From an uncultured bacterium (lineage in GTDB: Bacteria; Desulfobacterota; Deferrimicrobia; Deferrimicrobiales; Deferrimicrobiaceae): a stretch of DNA of 64,000 nucleotides. The notes under the pieces were generated by a model that searched no databases, was not told the origin of the DNA, and saw nothing but the letters and a program-made list of their open reading frames with translations. Positions within the stretch are counted from its first letter, which is position 1, and each line of letters starts with the position of its first letter. Both the position numbers and the translations under genes were made by a program. Positions 8,777 through 17,373 of this stretch are shown piece after piece. The DNA is taken from positions 211,862-275,861 of the forward strand of contig CAWHIM010000037.1 in assembly GCA_963829245.1 (NCBI GenBank), in the 5' to 3' direction.

Positions 8777-9874
8777 TTAGAGCAGACAGGTGCCGTCGGC
8801 GCAGCCGGGACCCTGCTGCGTTCCCGGACCGCCCGCGGGGGCTTCGACGAGGCGCAGTACCGGAGTGGACATGTGTCCCCACCCGGGGATGAAGGCGGAA
8901 AAACGTCCCGCACCGCCTCCCGCCACGAAAAGGTGGATGTTCTCCGGACTCGGGACGATGGGTATGCGTGCGTCGGGATCCCGCCTGTACCAGCGGGGAA
9001 GGTTGCGATTGTACACCTTCCCGTACCGGTGTTGGAAGGCGAGTTCCCCGAAGGCGTTTCCCGAATACATCCACAGGTACGACTTGACGTCGTTGCGGTT
9101 CCACCCGCACTTGGCGATGGTGGCCGCGTGCTCCGGGCCCAACACGACGACGCAGTGCCCCTGGCTCACCGCCGTATTGTGGGCGATAGTACTCATCGCG
9201 GAGCACATGCTGTCCAGGATGCCCTCCGGGTCGTTGGAGACGTGGTTCACGACGCAGTGGGGCGCCTCGGCGGCGAACACGAACACCGTGGAGTCTTCGG
9301 CCCGGTATCCCTTCTCGACGTGGTAAGGGGCGAAGGGGCTCACCTCCTCGTTCTCGGCGATGGCGTACGTGTATTTCCCCGGGTGTCCGAGGGTGCTCTT
9401 GTCGAGATCTCCCGGCCAGCCGCCTCCGACGTTCAGCATGACGAGGCGGATGGCCCTGCCGATGGTCGCGTTGGCGCGGTTTCCCGATCCGAAGACGTTG
9501 CAGCCCGCGTTCATCCCGATCCGTTTCGCGACCGGCCCGTTCACGACGAGAAGGGGACAGGCGACGTGCGTCGTCGCCTGCACCCCGTTCAGGTTGAACG
9601 CGGTCTCGCACAGCGCGAGCAGCGCCGCACGGACTACGGAGCCATACTCGGGCCTGCATCCCGCCATGACCATGTTCACCGCCAGCACCTGCCGGGTCAA
9701 GCCTCCCCACCGCGGGGGCACCCGGCATTCGAGGTGCGCCGGGTCGCCTCCCAGCGCATCGACCGCGGCGTCGATCTTCTCCTGCGTCGGAGGCATGACC
9801 GGCAAACCGTCGGTGTACCCCTGCTCGAAATACCACTCGACCAGATCGGTCCCTTCGGGGACTTGTGCGTCCAT
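8777..9874 (-). CDS. conserved hypothetical protein (365 aa), co-oriented with the UGSC gene
   Basis: Long ORF with coding-like composition and a tight 45-nt spacing to the UGSC gene. I recognise no family motif (contains YTDGLPVMPPT, NLNGVQATTH, GSGNRANATIGRA). Confidence 0.65.
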   Translation of the reverse strand: MDAQVPEGTDLVEWYFEQGYTDGLPVMPPTQEKIDAAVDALGGDPAHLECRVPPRWGGLTRQVLAVNMVMAGCRPEYGSVVRAALLALCETAFNLNGVQATTHVACPLLVVNGPVAKRIGMNAGCNVFGSGNRANATIGRAIRLVMLNVGGGWPGDLDKSTLGHPGKYTYAIAENEEVSPFAPYHVEKGYRAEDSTVFVFAAEAPHCVVNHVSNDPEGILDSMCSAMSTIAHNTAVSQGHCVVVLGPEHAATIAKCGWNRNDVKSYLWMYSGNAFGELAFQHRYGKVYNRNLPRWYRRDPDARIPIVPSPENIHLFVAGGGAGRFSAFIPGWGHMSTPVLRLVEAPAGGPGTQQGPGCADGTCLL

Positions 9875-9894
9875 CGTTTCTCCTCTTTACACGG

Positions 9895-10818
9895 TCAGAG
9901 GGATTCCGACATGATCTCTTCGAGATAGCGGATGACCTCGGTGTGATCGCTGGACGGCCCCAGTCTGCTTTCCGCCTTCCTCCATACCTCCATGCAGCGC
10001 TGGCCGAGCGGAGTGGGGGTTCCGGCCGCATCGGCCGTTTCCATGGCGATCCCGATATCCTTTGCCATCAGTCCCAGGCTGAAGCCGGACGCGAAGGTTC
10101 TCGAAAGGATGAACTGGTTGAACTTGTTTTCGGTGCTGTTGTTCCTGCCGCTGGAGGCGTTGAGGATGCTTATGACGACTCCAGGCTCGAGACCGAAACG
10201 CTTCCCCGCCAACAGCGCCTCGGACGCCGCCAGCAGTCCCGCCGCGGAGACGTAATTATTGAGGGCTTTCATGGCGTGCCCCGAGCCGAGAGCGCCGGTC
10301 AGGAAGATCTGCCGTCCCATCGCCGACAACATGCCCCGGCAACGCTCGATGACCGCGGGGTCTCCGCCCGCCATGATCGCCAGCGTCCCTTCTTCCGCCT
10401 TGCGCACCCCGCCCGATACCGGCGCGTCGACCATCGGAATTCCACGTTCCGAGAGTTGTCTTCCAAGTTCGCGCGTGCCCACCGGGGACGAAGAGCTCAT
10501 GTCCACCAGAATGCTTCCCCGGGCAAGGCCGGGCAGCAGCGCGCTTCCTCCGCCACCCGCCTTCCCGAGCACCACTTCCCGGACCACATTGCCGTTCGGC
10601 AACATGGTAATGGCCACTTCGCATTGCCGTGCGAGATCCTCAAGGGAACCGGATGCCTCCGCCTTGTTCGTTGTCAGGAACCGGTCGATCCGGGATCGAT
10701 CCGAGTCGAACACATGGACGGAAAAACCGGCATCGACAAGCCGCCGCGCCATCGGATCTCCCATCTTCCCAAGGCCGATGAAACCAACTTTCCCGATCGG
10801 AAGACTCTGCCCTTCCAT
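9895..10818 (-). CDS. NAD(P)-dependent beta-hydroxyacid dehydrogenase (3-hydroxyisobutyrate dehydrogenase family)
   Basis: 307 aa. N-terminal Rossmann motif VGFIGLGKMGDPMARRL, plus AGGDPAV and GSGHAMKALNN motifs. Confidence 0.85.
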   Translation of the reverse strand: MEGQSLPIGKVGFIGLGKMGDPMARRLVDAGFSVHVFDSDRSRIDRFLTTNKAEASGSLEDLARQCEVAITMLPNGNVVREVVLGKAGGGGSALLPGLARGSILVDMSSSSPVGTRELGRQLSERGIPMVDAPVSGGVRKAEEGTLAIMAGGDPAVIERCRGMLSAMGRQIFLTGALGSGHAMKALNNYVSAAGLLAASEALLAGKRFGLEPGVVISILNASSGRNNSTENKFNQFILSRTFASGFSLGLMAKDIGIAMETADAAGTPTPLGQRCMEVWRKAESRLGPSSDHTEVIRYLEEIMSESL

Positions 10819-10827
10819 GGAGGACCT

Positions 10828-11238
10828 TCAGACTTTCAGTTCCGCGAAGACCTTTTTCGCCGTGCGGAAGCTGTCGATGGCTGCGGGGACGCCGCAGTAG
10901 ATCGCCGTCTGGAGAAACACCTCGCGGATTTCGTCCTTGGTGAGCCCGTTGTTGAGGGCCGCCCGGACGTGGATCTCGATCTCGTGCGGACGGTTCAGGG
11001 CGGTAAGCATGGCGAGGTTGATGAAGCTGCGGGTTTTCCGGGTCAAGCCCGGCCTCGCCCAGACCGTTCCCCAGCAGTACGTGGTGGTGAGCTCCTGCAT
11101 GGGGCGAGTGAAATCGTCCGCTTCCTTGAACGAACGGTCCACGTACTCTGCTCCGAGCACCTCGCGGCGGATCGCCAGGCCTTTCTTGAAAACGTCCCGA
11201 CCGGATCCGATTCCCTTTTTCGTTTTCCCCGCTGCCAT
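10828..11238 (-). CDS. carboxymuconolactone decarboxylase (CMD/AhpD-like) family protein
   Basis: 136 aa. WARPGLTRKTRSFINLAMLTALNRPHEIEIHVRAALNNGLTKDEIREVFLQTAIYCGVPAA matches the gamma-CMD family. Confidence 0.85.
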   Translation of the reverse strand: MAAGKTKKGIGSGRDVFKKGLAIRREVLGAEYVDRSFKEADDFTRPMQELTTTYCWGTVWARPGLTRKTRSFINLAMLTALNRPHEIEIHVRAALNNGLTKDEIREVFLQTAIYCGVPAAIDSFRTAKKVFAELKV

Positions 11239-12053
11239 CTTCCGCCTCCTTTTGGGTTATGGGTTCGCGACGCGGACCGATCCCCGCGATCGGTCCACCT
11301 GTATCTTAGTGTAAATATCTTCCGAACGTCTTTACGTAATTCGGATGGGGGGGCCGGATTGTAAACCCCGTGCGAACAACGGCCTTTTCCCGGGGGAAAT
11401 AGGGGTATGCCGAGATGCCGTCGACGGGGGAAACCTCTTGTGCTGTCGGAGAGGTTCCTGGGAAGCAGGTCGCCACAAACCACAATCAATAGCGCCTGAA
11501 TAACTGTTGAATAATGAATACTTGCGTGCCTGCATCGGGGTAGCCATGGTTTAAAAAAATCACTTGACGGATGTTGATGGATCGAAAATAATCAATGCCG
11601 TAAACCCTGCACCTCTTTCTTCCTTCTGAGGAGGGTTACGTCAACCGGTAATCCGTCCGCCTGACCGTCGCGGAGAGTGGCGATGAAGCGGGACCTGGAC
11701 AAGTGGACCGGTGCGAGGGAAAGGATTCTTCTTCCCTTCTCGAGGCGATACCCCGTTCTCTCTCCCCAATTCGATCCATTCAACTCTTCGAAGGCAATCG
11801 CTTTGGGACCGTAGAGGCCTGCCTTCGTGGAAGGCGGCAGAGTTTTCCGGAAAGGAGGTGAAGAAGTTTCCGAGATCACAAAAGGAGGGGGTGATTTGCG
11901 TACAGGCCTGCGGCATGGAAGGAAGCGAAGTCGATGCAAACACCTGTGAAGTGAAAAGAATCACGAAAAGAATGAAAGGGGGCAGAAAAGTCGGCGGCAT
12001 GAGGGAAACCAGACCTGCCGTTAACGTTTCAAGAAACCAGATAGGGGGGAACC

Positions 12054-14049
12054 ATGAGAAGCAAGAGTACCTGCGCATTGTGGTTTGTTGCAAGTTGTCT
12101 GTTGGTCCTTGCTCTAAGTATTGGCCCTTCGCCAGCGCAGGCGGCCGGCCCATCGCCGAATCCCTTTGGAAAGCCAACTGCGACTATATACTGGAACCCG
12201 GGGAATAACATCAAAACGGTCCCCGGTACCCGACCCACAGGGTGGCAGGACCAGACCCACTCGGAAATCCTGGCCCGCAATGGCGTCGTTGCCACCAGCG
12301 AACCTCAGGCTGCACAGGCCGGGCTGAAGATCCTGCAGGACGGCGGGAACGCCGTGGACGCGGCCGTTGCGGCGATGGCCATGATAGGTCTCCAGGAGTC
12401 GAACAGCACCGGTCTCGGGGCAGATATGTTCGTCACCATCTGGGACGCGAAGACCAAGAAGCTGTACCAGATCTCCGCGAACGGGATTTCGCCGAAAAAT
12501 TTCACCCGCGAACTCTTTGCATTAAACGGTTTCAACGTCGAATCAACCGGTACTTCTCCTTCTGGGCCCGTGTACGGCGGGCCGGGAACCACCGGCATCT
12601 GATGCCGCCATGGTCCCCGGCTCGGTAGACGGGTGGGACAAGATGCTCAAGCGGTTCGGCACCATGACCTTCAAGGAAGTGCTCGAACCCGCTCGCAAGA
12701 GCGCCATGGAAGGGTTCCCGGTGCATGAGATCATGGCGAGCAGTTTTCACGGTAGCAAAAGCAGCCTGTGTGATTCTGCTCGCGATCCCGACACCCCCAA
12801 GGTTTTCTGCAAGGGTGGAGATGTGCCGGGCTTGTACAGCATCTTCCGCAATCCGGACCTGGGGCACGCGTTCGAAGTGCTCCAGAAAAAGGGCCGTGAC
12901 GCCTTTTACAAGGGAGAGATCGCCCAGGCAATCGTGAATAAGGCGAATTCCTTGGGAGTCAAAGTTCCCGGAGGTGGGAGCAAGTTCTGGACCATGGATG
13001 ACCTGAAAAATTATCAGGCGAAATGGGTGGAGCCGCTCTCGACCAGGTACCACGGGTATGACATCTACGAGACGCCGCCCTCCAAGTCAAGGGTGGGCCG
13101 CCCTGGAGATGCTCAACATCCTCGAGGTGTGCGCCGAGAAAAAACCGTTTGATCTCGCCGCTATCGGGAAAGAGGACCCTTTGTTCACCCACATAGAGGT
13201 CGAGGCGAAAAAACTGGCCTACTCAGACCTCCTTCGGTATAACGCCGACCCGAGATTTCTTCACCGAGTTGTATGATTAAATTGAATCATTACTTCCACA
13301 ACAAAACGTATGCAGCAGGTCTCTGCGATAAACTCCAAATCAATCCTCCCCAAGCGAGACCTGCCGATGTAAAGGGAAATCTTCAGGGCGGGACGATCTA
13401 CGGTACCAGTGCGGACCGTTGGGGAAACATGGTCTCGTTTGTATACAGCGTCTATACCTCCTGGGGGACCGGGGTTACGATCCCGGGCTATGGATTCCAG
13501 CTCTCCAGCCGGGGAGGGATGTTCACGTTTGATCCCAACCATCCCAACACGATTGCAGGGCACAAGGAGCCCTTCATCACCATCATCGCCGGCTTCATCA
13601 TGAAGGACGGGCAGCCTGTGATGGCGTTCGGGAACATGGGCGGAGCCACGCAGCCCCTGGGGCACGTCCAGCACATCGTCAACATGATCGACCTCGGCTA
13701 TAACGTCCAGGCCACCAGCGACGCAGCCCGCTGGGACCACAGCCAAAGCGCAACCGGCGACACTTTAAGTCTGGATGTATACCTGTACGATGAAATCGGC
13801 CCAACTTTGGCATCGTGGGGACATAAATTTAGCAGTAGTAGTTATAAAGGCAGTCGCGGTCTCGGTGGCGGCTACCAGGGGATCCTGTTCGAACGGGATT
13901 ACAGCTTGCCGGTGCCAAAACTTCATTACGATGGTCACCGTTGGGACAAAGACAGAGACCGGGATCAAGATAAACTGCAACCTATTAACGGGGTCTACCG
14001 CGCGGGGACGGACTCCTTCAGAAAGGACGGTGCTGCGGTCGGGTGGTGA
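12054..14049 (+). pseudogene. ggt: gamma-glutamyltransferase, disrupted by three frameshifts
   Basis: GGT-like translation is spread over four ORFs: 12054-12602, 12610-13152, 13058-13276 and 13273-14049. It starts with a signal peptide and continues GVVATSEPQAAQAGLKILQDGGNAVDAAVA. The piece PPSQGWAALEMLNILE follows, and the Thr-nucleophile region reads GGTIYGTSADRWGNMVSF. Frames run 0, +1, +2, +1. Confidence 0.8.
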
Positions 14050-14091
14050 TCAATAAAGAAGGCTTGTTTCCAACCTGATGAATCAAGAAAA

Positions 14092-14123
14092 GGACGGGGC
14101 CGAAAGGCTCCGTCCTTCTTTTT
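14092..14123 (+). terminator. rho-independent terminator after ggt
   Basis: GGACGGGGCC-GAAA-GGCTCCGTCC: a 10-bp stem with one G-T pair and a GAAA loop, followed by TTCTTTTT. Confidence 0.6.
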
Positions 14124-14336
14124 CGGTCTCCCGTCAAGGGATATCTGGCCCACGGCCCTCGGAGGATTTTCCTGCGGGGGCTTCCATTGGGGTTGAACCC
14201 CCTGATTCATTTGGAGAGGCTTACGGGGGGCAGGTCACCCAAAGATGTATAATTCCTTGTGTACCGCTATCGTCGCGATCGCGGGTAGAGGGGGCGGGCG
14301 GCCTTGCGGCCCGCACGCTCAACGTGGGGGGCCACC

Positions 14337-15339
14337 ATGGAATACCGACGACTCGGCAACACCGGTCTCACCGTCTCTCGAATCTGCCTCGGTTGCATGA
14401 GCTACGGCGATCCCGCCGCGACATTGGCGGGATCGCCTCTGCGCTGGGAGTGGGCGCTGAGAGAGGACGAGGCGCGGCCGTTCTTCAAGCGCGCCTTCGA
14501 GCTTGGCATCAACTTCTTCGACACGGCCAACGTGTACTGCTTCGGGGCAAGCGAGGAGATCACCGGCCGCGCGCTTCGCGAGTTCGCCCGCCGCGAAGAG
14601 GTCGTCATCGCCACGAAGGTCTGGGGGGTGATGCGCCCCGGTCCAAACGGCGGAGGTCTCTCGCGCAAGGCGATCCTCCACGAAATCGACGCGAGCCTGA
14701 AGCGACTCGGGACGGACTACGTCGACCTCTACCAGATTCATCGCTGGGACAACGCGACGCCGATCGAAGAGACGATGGAGGCGCTTCACGACGTCGTCCG
14801 CATGGGCAAGGCGCGGTACCTGGGCGCGTCGTCCATGCATGCCTGGCAATTCGCCAAGGCGCAGCACGTGGCCGAGAGACACGGCTGGACACGCTTCGTG
14901 TCGATGCAGAACCACTACAACCTCCTCTACCGCGAGGAGGAGCGTGAGATGGTGCCCCTCTGCCGCGACCAGGGCGTCAGGTTTGATCCCGTGGAGTCCT
15001 CTCGCGCGAGGTTACCTGGCGCGTGCGCCGGAGACGAAGGGGACGAAGCGGTCGGAGACGGATCGCTTTGGCAAGACGCTTTATTCGTCGATGGCCGAGG
15101 CGGACCAGCGAGTGCTCGCCGGGGTCGACAAGTTGGCGAAGACGCGCGGTCTCCCTCACGCCCAGATTGCCCTGGCCTGGCTGCTCCAGAAGGAAGCCGT
15201 GACGGCCCCCATCGTGGGCGCGACGAAGATGGAGCACCTGGAGACGGCGGTGGGGGCGCTCGGCGTTCAACTGTCCGGAGAGGAAGTCACGGCGCTGGAG
15301 GCGCCGTACGTGGCGCATCCCATCGCGGGCTTCAGCTAA
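14337..15339 (+). pseudogene. aldo/keto reductase with one frameshift near 14970-14985
   Basis: The N-terminal part reads MEYRRLGNTGLTVSRICLGCMSYG...DLYQIHRWD...LCRDQGV in one frame. The C-terminal part reads GLIPWSPLARGYL...IVGATKMEHLETAV in the neighbouring frame. Together they form a full-length AKR. Confidence 0.8.
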
Positions 15340-15387
15340 GGCAGCGAACGTCGAACGTAGGGCCACCCCATGCGGGTTAAGATAATA

Positions 15388-15424
15388 CCCACCGGGAATT
15401 TCACCCCGGTGGGTGTTTTATTTC
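15388..15424 (+). terminator. rho-independent terminator after the AKR gene
   Basis: CCCACCGGG-AATTTCAC-CCCGGTGGG: a perfect 9-bp stem followed by TGTTTTATTTC. Confidence 0.7.
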
Positions 15425-15455
15425 TGTAAAAACAGCAAGGCGGGAGAGATGGATA

Positions 15456-15599
15456 TTGATCAAGGTGACACTCTCCCTTGAACCGGGCAGATACGAGTAC
15501 CGTTTTATTGCCGATGGCAACTGGGAGAACGATCCTTCATGTTCTTGCTGTGTCACTAATGAATTCGGAGGCGAGAACTGCGTCAGGATTGTCGCGTGA
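15456..15599 (+). pseudogene. remnant of a CBM48/AMPK-beta-type glycogen-binding domain gene (C-terminal half only)
   Basis: The frame reads ...IKVTLSLEPGRYEYRFIADGNWENDPSCSCCVTNEFGGENCVRIVA-stop. This resembles the GxYEYKFxVDGxWxxDP...NxFGxxN motif. There is no ATG and no N-terminal half. Confidence 0.35.
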
Positions 15600-15683
15600 G
15601 GGGTGACCGAGCTTGTTGCGTATCCCGGTTCGGCATTCGGTCGTGGATACTGTCAACTTGTTCCTGGCAGGCAAAGCGAAACG

Positions 15684-15711
15684 GAGAGACCAACCTTTTG
15701 GTTGGCCTCTC
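15684..15711 (-). terminator. possible terminator hairpin downstream of the ABM-domain gene
   Basis: GAGAGACCAACC-TTTT-GGTTGGCCTCTC: a 12-bp stem with one mismatch, 25 nt past the minus-strand stop. The U-tract is only weak. Confidence 0.4.
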
Positions 15712-15735
15712 GTCCCGCAGACGTATGATTTTCTA

Positions 15736-16071
15736 TTATGCCGCCTTCCGGTTTCGGGATGCCGCTCCCGGGGCAGGGAGCTTCGACGCCAGGACATCTA
15801 CATTCTCGATCACCGGAGGTGCGGCGAGGAGGTCAGGGGCTTTTGCCATCAACGCCGTCGCGACCCTGCCGGCAAGATGAGCCTGGCGCCCCGCCTCGCC
15901 CGGAAACGCATCGAAAATGCCGAACGTCGACGGGCCAAGGCGGATTGCAAACCACGCAACGGTTGCCGGTTCCTCCTGGACGATCGATAGGCCGGAGCGC
16001 AGGAAGCTCTCGACTTCCGCCTCCTTTCCGTGCTTCGCCTCCAGGCGCACGAATAGACCTTTATTGACCAT
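15736..16071 (-). CDS. antibiotic-biosynthesis-monooxygenase (ABM/Dabb) domain protein
   Basis: ATG at 16071 with AGGAGG upstream. MVNKGLFVRLEAKHGKEAEVESFLRSGLSIVQEEPATVAWFAIRLGPSTFGIFDAF is typical of small ABM/quinol-monooxygenase-like proteins. Confidence 0.7.
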   Translation of the reverse strand: MVNKGLFVRLEAKHGKEAEVESFLRSGLSIVQEEPATVAWFAIRLGPSTFGIFDAFPGEAGRQAHLAGRVATALMAKAPDLLAAPPVIENVDVLASKLPAPGAASRNRKAA

Positions 16072-16308
16072 ATGCGTCCTCCTTTCCGCCATCTGTAAAC
16101 ATGTTGACGCCTCCTCGTCGTTCCTACCGCAAGATAAGATTCCTATGAGATCGCCAAGGTTCCGGGAGCGGCTGATTCCATGGCGCTTCCCGGTAGTTCC
16201 ATGCATCTAAAGGTTCAAGGGCGTGCCAACCGATCGTGCGAGGCCGCCAAGCGCAAAGGCGAACGCTTGGATCGCCACCTGCGCGAACTGCGAAGGAAGG
16301 AGGGAAAA

Positions 16309-16806
16309 ATGACCGCAAGTCATGGTGCTGCCGCGAAATCGCTACATGTCGAGGACCTCGTCCTAAAGCGCGTCTTCGATGCGCCGCGCGAAGCCGTCTG
16401 GAAAGCATGGACCGACCCCAAGCGCTTCATCCTCTGGTGGGGGCCGAAAGGCTTCATAGCACCCGCCTGCAGGATCGATCTGCGCGTGGGAGGGAAGTAC
16501 CTCGCTTGCATGCGTTCCCCCGAGGGCCAGGACTATTGGAGCACGGGTGTTTATCGTGAGATTGTTCCAGGGGCGAAGCTTGTCTATACGGATAATTTTG
16601 CGGATGCGGATGGGAACGTGGTTCCGGCTTCGCACTACGGCATGCAAGGAAAATGGCAGTCGGAGCTGCTGGTGACCGTGACGTTCGAAGAAGATGACGG
16701 AAGGACGATAATGACCCTGCGGCATGTCGGGATCCCACCCGAGACGATGAACGATTGCGAGGCCGGCTGGAGTGGATCCTTCGATAAATTGGAAGGGATC
16801 CTCTAA
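16309..16806 (+). CDS. SRPBCC/AHSA1-domain protein
   Basis: ATG 16309 follows GGAAGGAGGG. LVLKRVFDAPREAVWKAWTDPKRFILWWGPKGF is the Aha1/SRPBCC signature. Confidence 0.8.
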   Translation: MTASHGAAAKSLHVEDLVLKRVFDAPREAVWKAWTDPKRFILWWGPKGFIAPACRIDLRVGGKYLACMRSPEGQDYWSTGVYREIVPGAKLVYTDNFADADGNVVPASHYGMQGKWQSELLVTVTFEEDDGRTIMTLRHVGIPPETMNDCEAGWSGSFDKLEGIL

Positions 16807-16824
16807 CTTCAGGAGGTGAGGAGC

Positions 16825-17193
16825 ATGCTGGATTTCAATTCCATCCTGGTTTTTTCCGAGGATCCAAAAAAACTCGCCGATTTCTACAAAAAGGTTTTTC
16901 AGAAAGATCCCGACTGGTCGGAAGGCGGTTATTACGGGTTCATGGCCGGCAAGGGATTCATTTCGTTTGGCCCGCATGACAAAATCCGGGGAAAGAACGC
17001 GAACCCCGAAAGGATCATGTTCAATTTTGAGACCAAGGATGTAAAGGGAGAATTCGAAAGAATCAAGAAGCTCGGGGCCGCGGTAGTCGCGGAGCCTTAC
17101 AATCCGGGGGAAGATCCGAAAGGGATGATCGCGACCTTCGCCGATCCGGATAATAATTATTTTCAGCTTTTGACGCCTTGGGAGAATAAATGA
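16825..17193 (+). CDS. VOC (glyoxalase/bleomycin-resistance) family protein
   Basis: ATG 16825 lies 9 nt after AGGAGG. About 122 aa, ending with ...GMIATFADPDNNYFQLL, which is typical of VOC proteins. Confidence 0.75.
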   Translation: MLDFNSILVFSEDPKKLADFYKKVFQKDPDWSEGGYYGFMAGKGFISFGPHDKIRGKNANPERIMFNFETKDVKGEFERIKKLGAAVVAEPYNPGEDPKGMIATFADPDNNYFQLLTPWENK

Positions 17194-17239
17194 TCGTCAA
17201 GATCGGGGGAGATTGAACCCGGGGAGTATCTCGATCGAA

Positions 17240-17275
17240 GGGGAATTTGGCCTCACGCCAAGTTCCCCTTTTTTT
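17240..17275 (+). terminator. rho-independent terminator
   Basis: GGGGAATTTGGC-CTCAC-GCCAAGTTCCCC: a 12-bp stem with one G-T pair, followed by TTTTTTT. Confidence 0.8.
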
Positions 17276-17373
17276 GTATTATTGGCCCGGGGGATTCGAA
17301 TGCGGCTCTCGTCAGGTACGATGCCGGGAGCGGATTTACCCATGACATCCGGGAAGAGGCAACGGGGAAAAGA

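Noticed and set aside
11592-11939. A minus-strand ORF containing ...YGPKAIAFEELNGSN..., vaguely reminiscent of a TnpB/IS605 OrfB catalytic segment.
   Set aside because: The resemblance is limited to about 8 residues. There is no zinc-finger or RuvC motif, no flanking IS ends, and the ORF lies in compositionally non-coding DNA.
12600-12602. The TGA ending the first ggt fragment, considered as a possible third selenocysteine codon.
   Set aside because: Continuing in the same frame gives non-GGT nonsense (CRHGPRLGRRVGQDAQ...), while the GGT homology resumes in the +1 frame (VPGSVDGWDKMLKRFG). It is therefore a frameshift, not recoding. No hairpin sits at the 11-nt position.
14221-14253. A TATAAT box at 14248-14253 upstream of the AKR gene, considered as a promoter.
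   Set aside because: There is no acceptable -35 element at 16-18 nt spacing; the nearest TTG-containing hexamers are 21 nt or more away. It is too weak to report as a feature.
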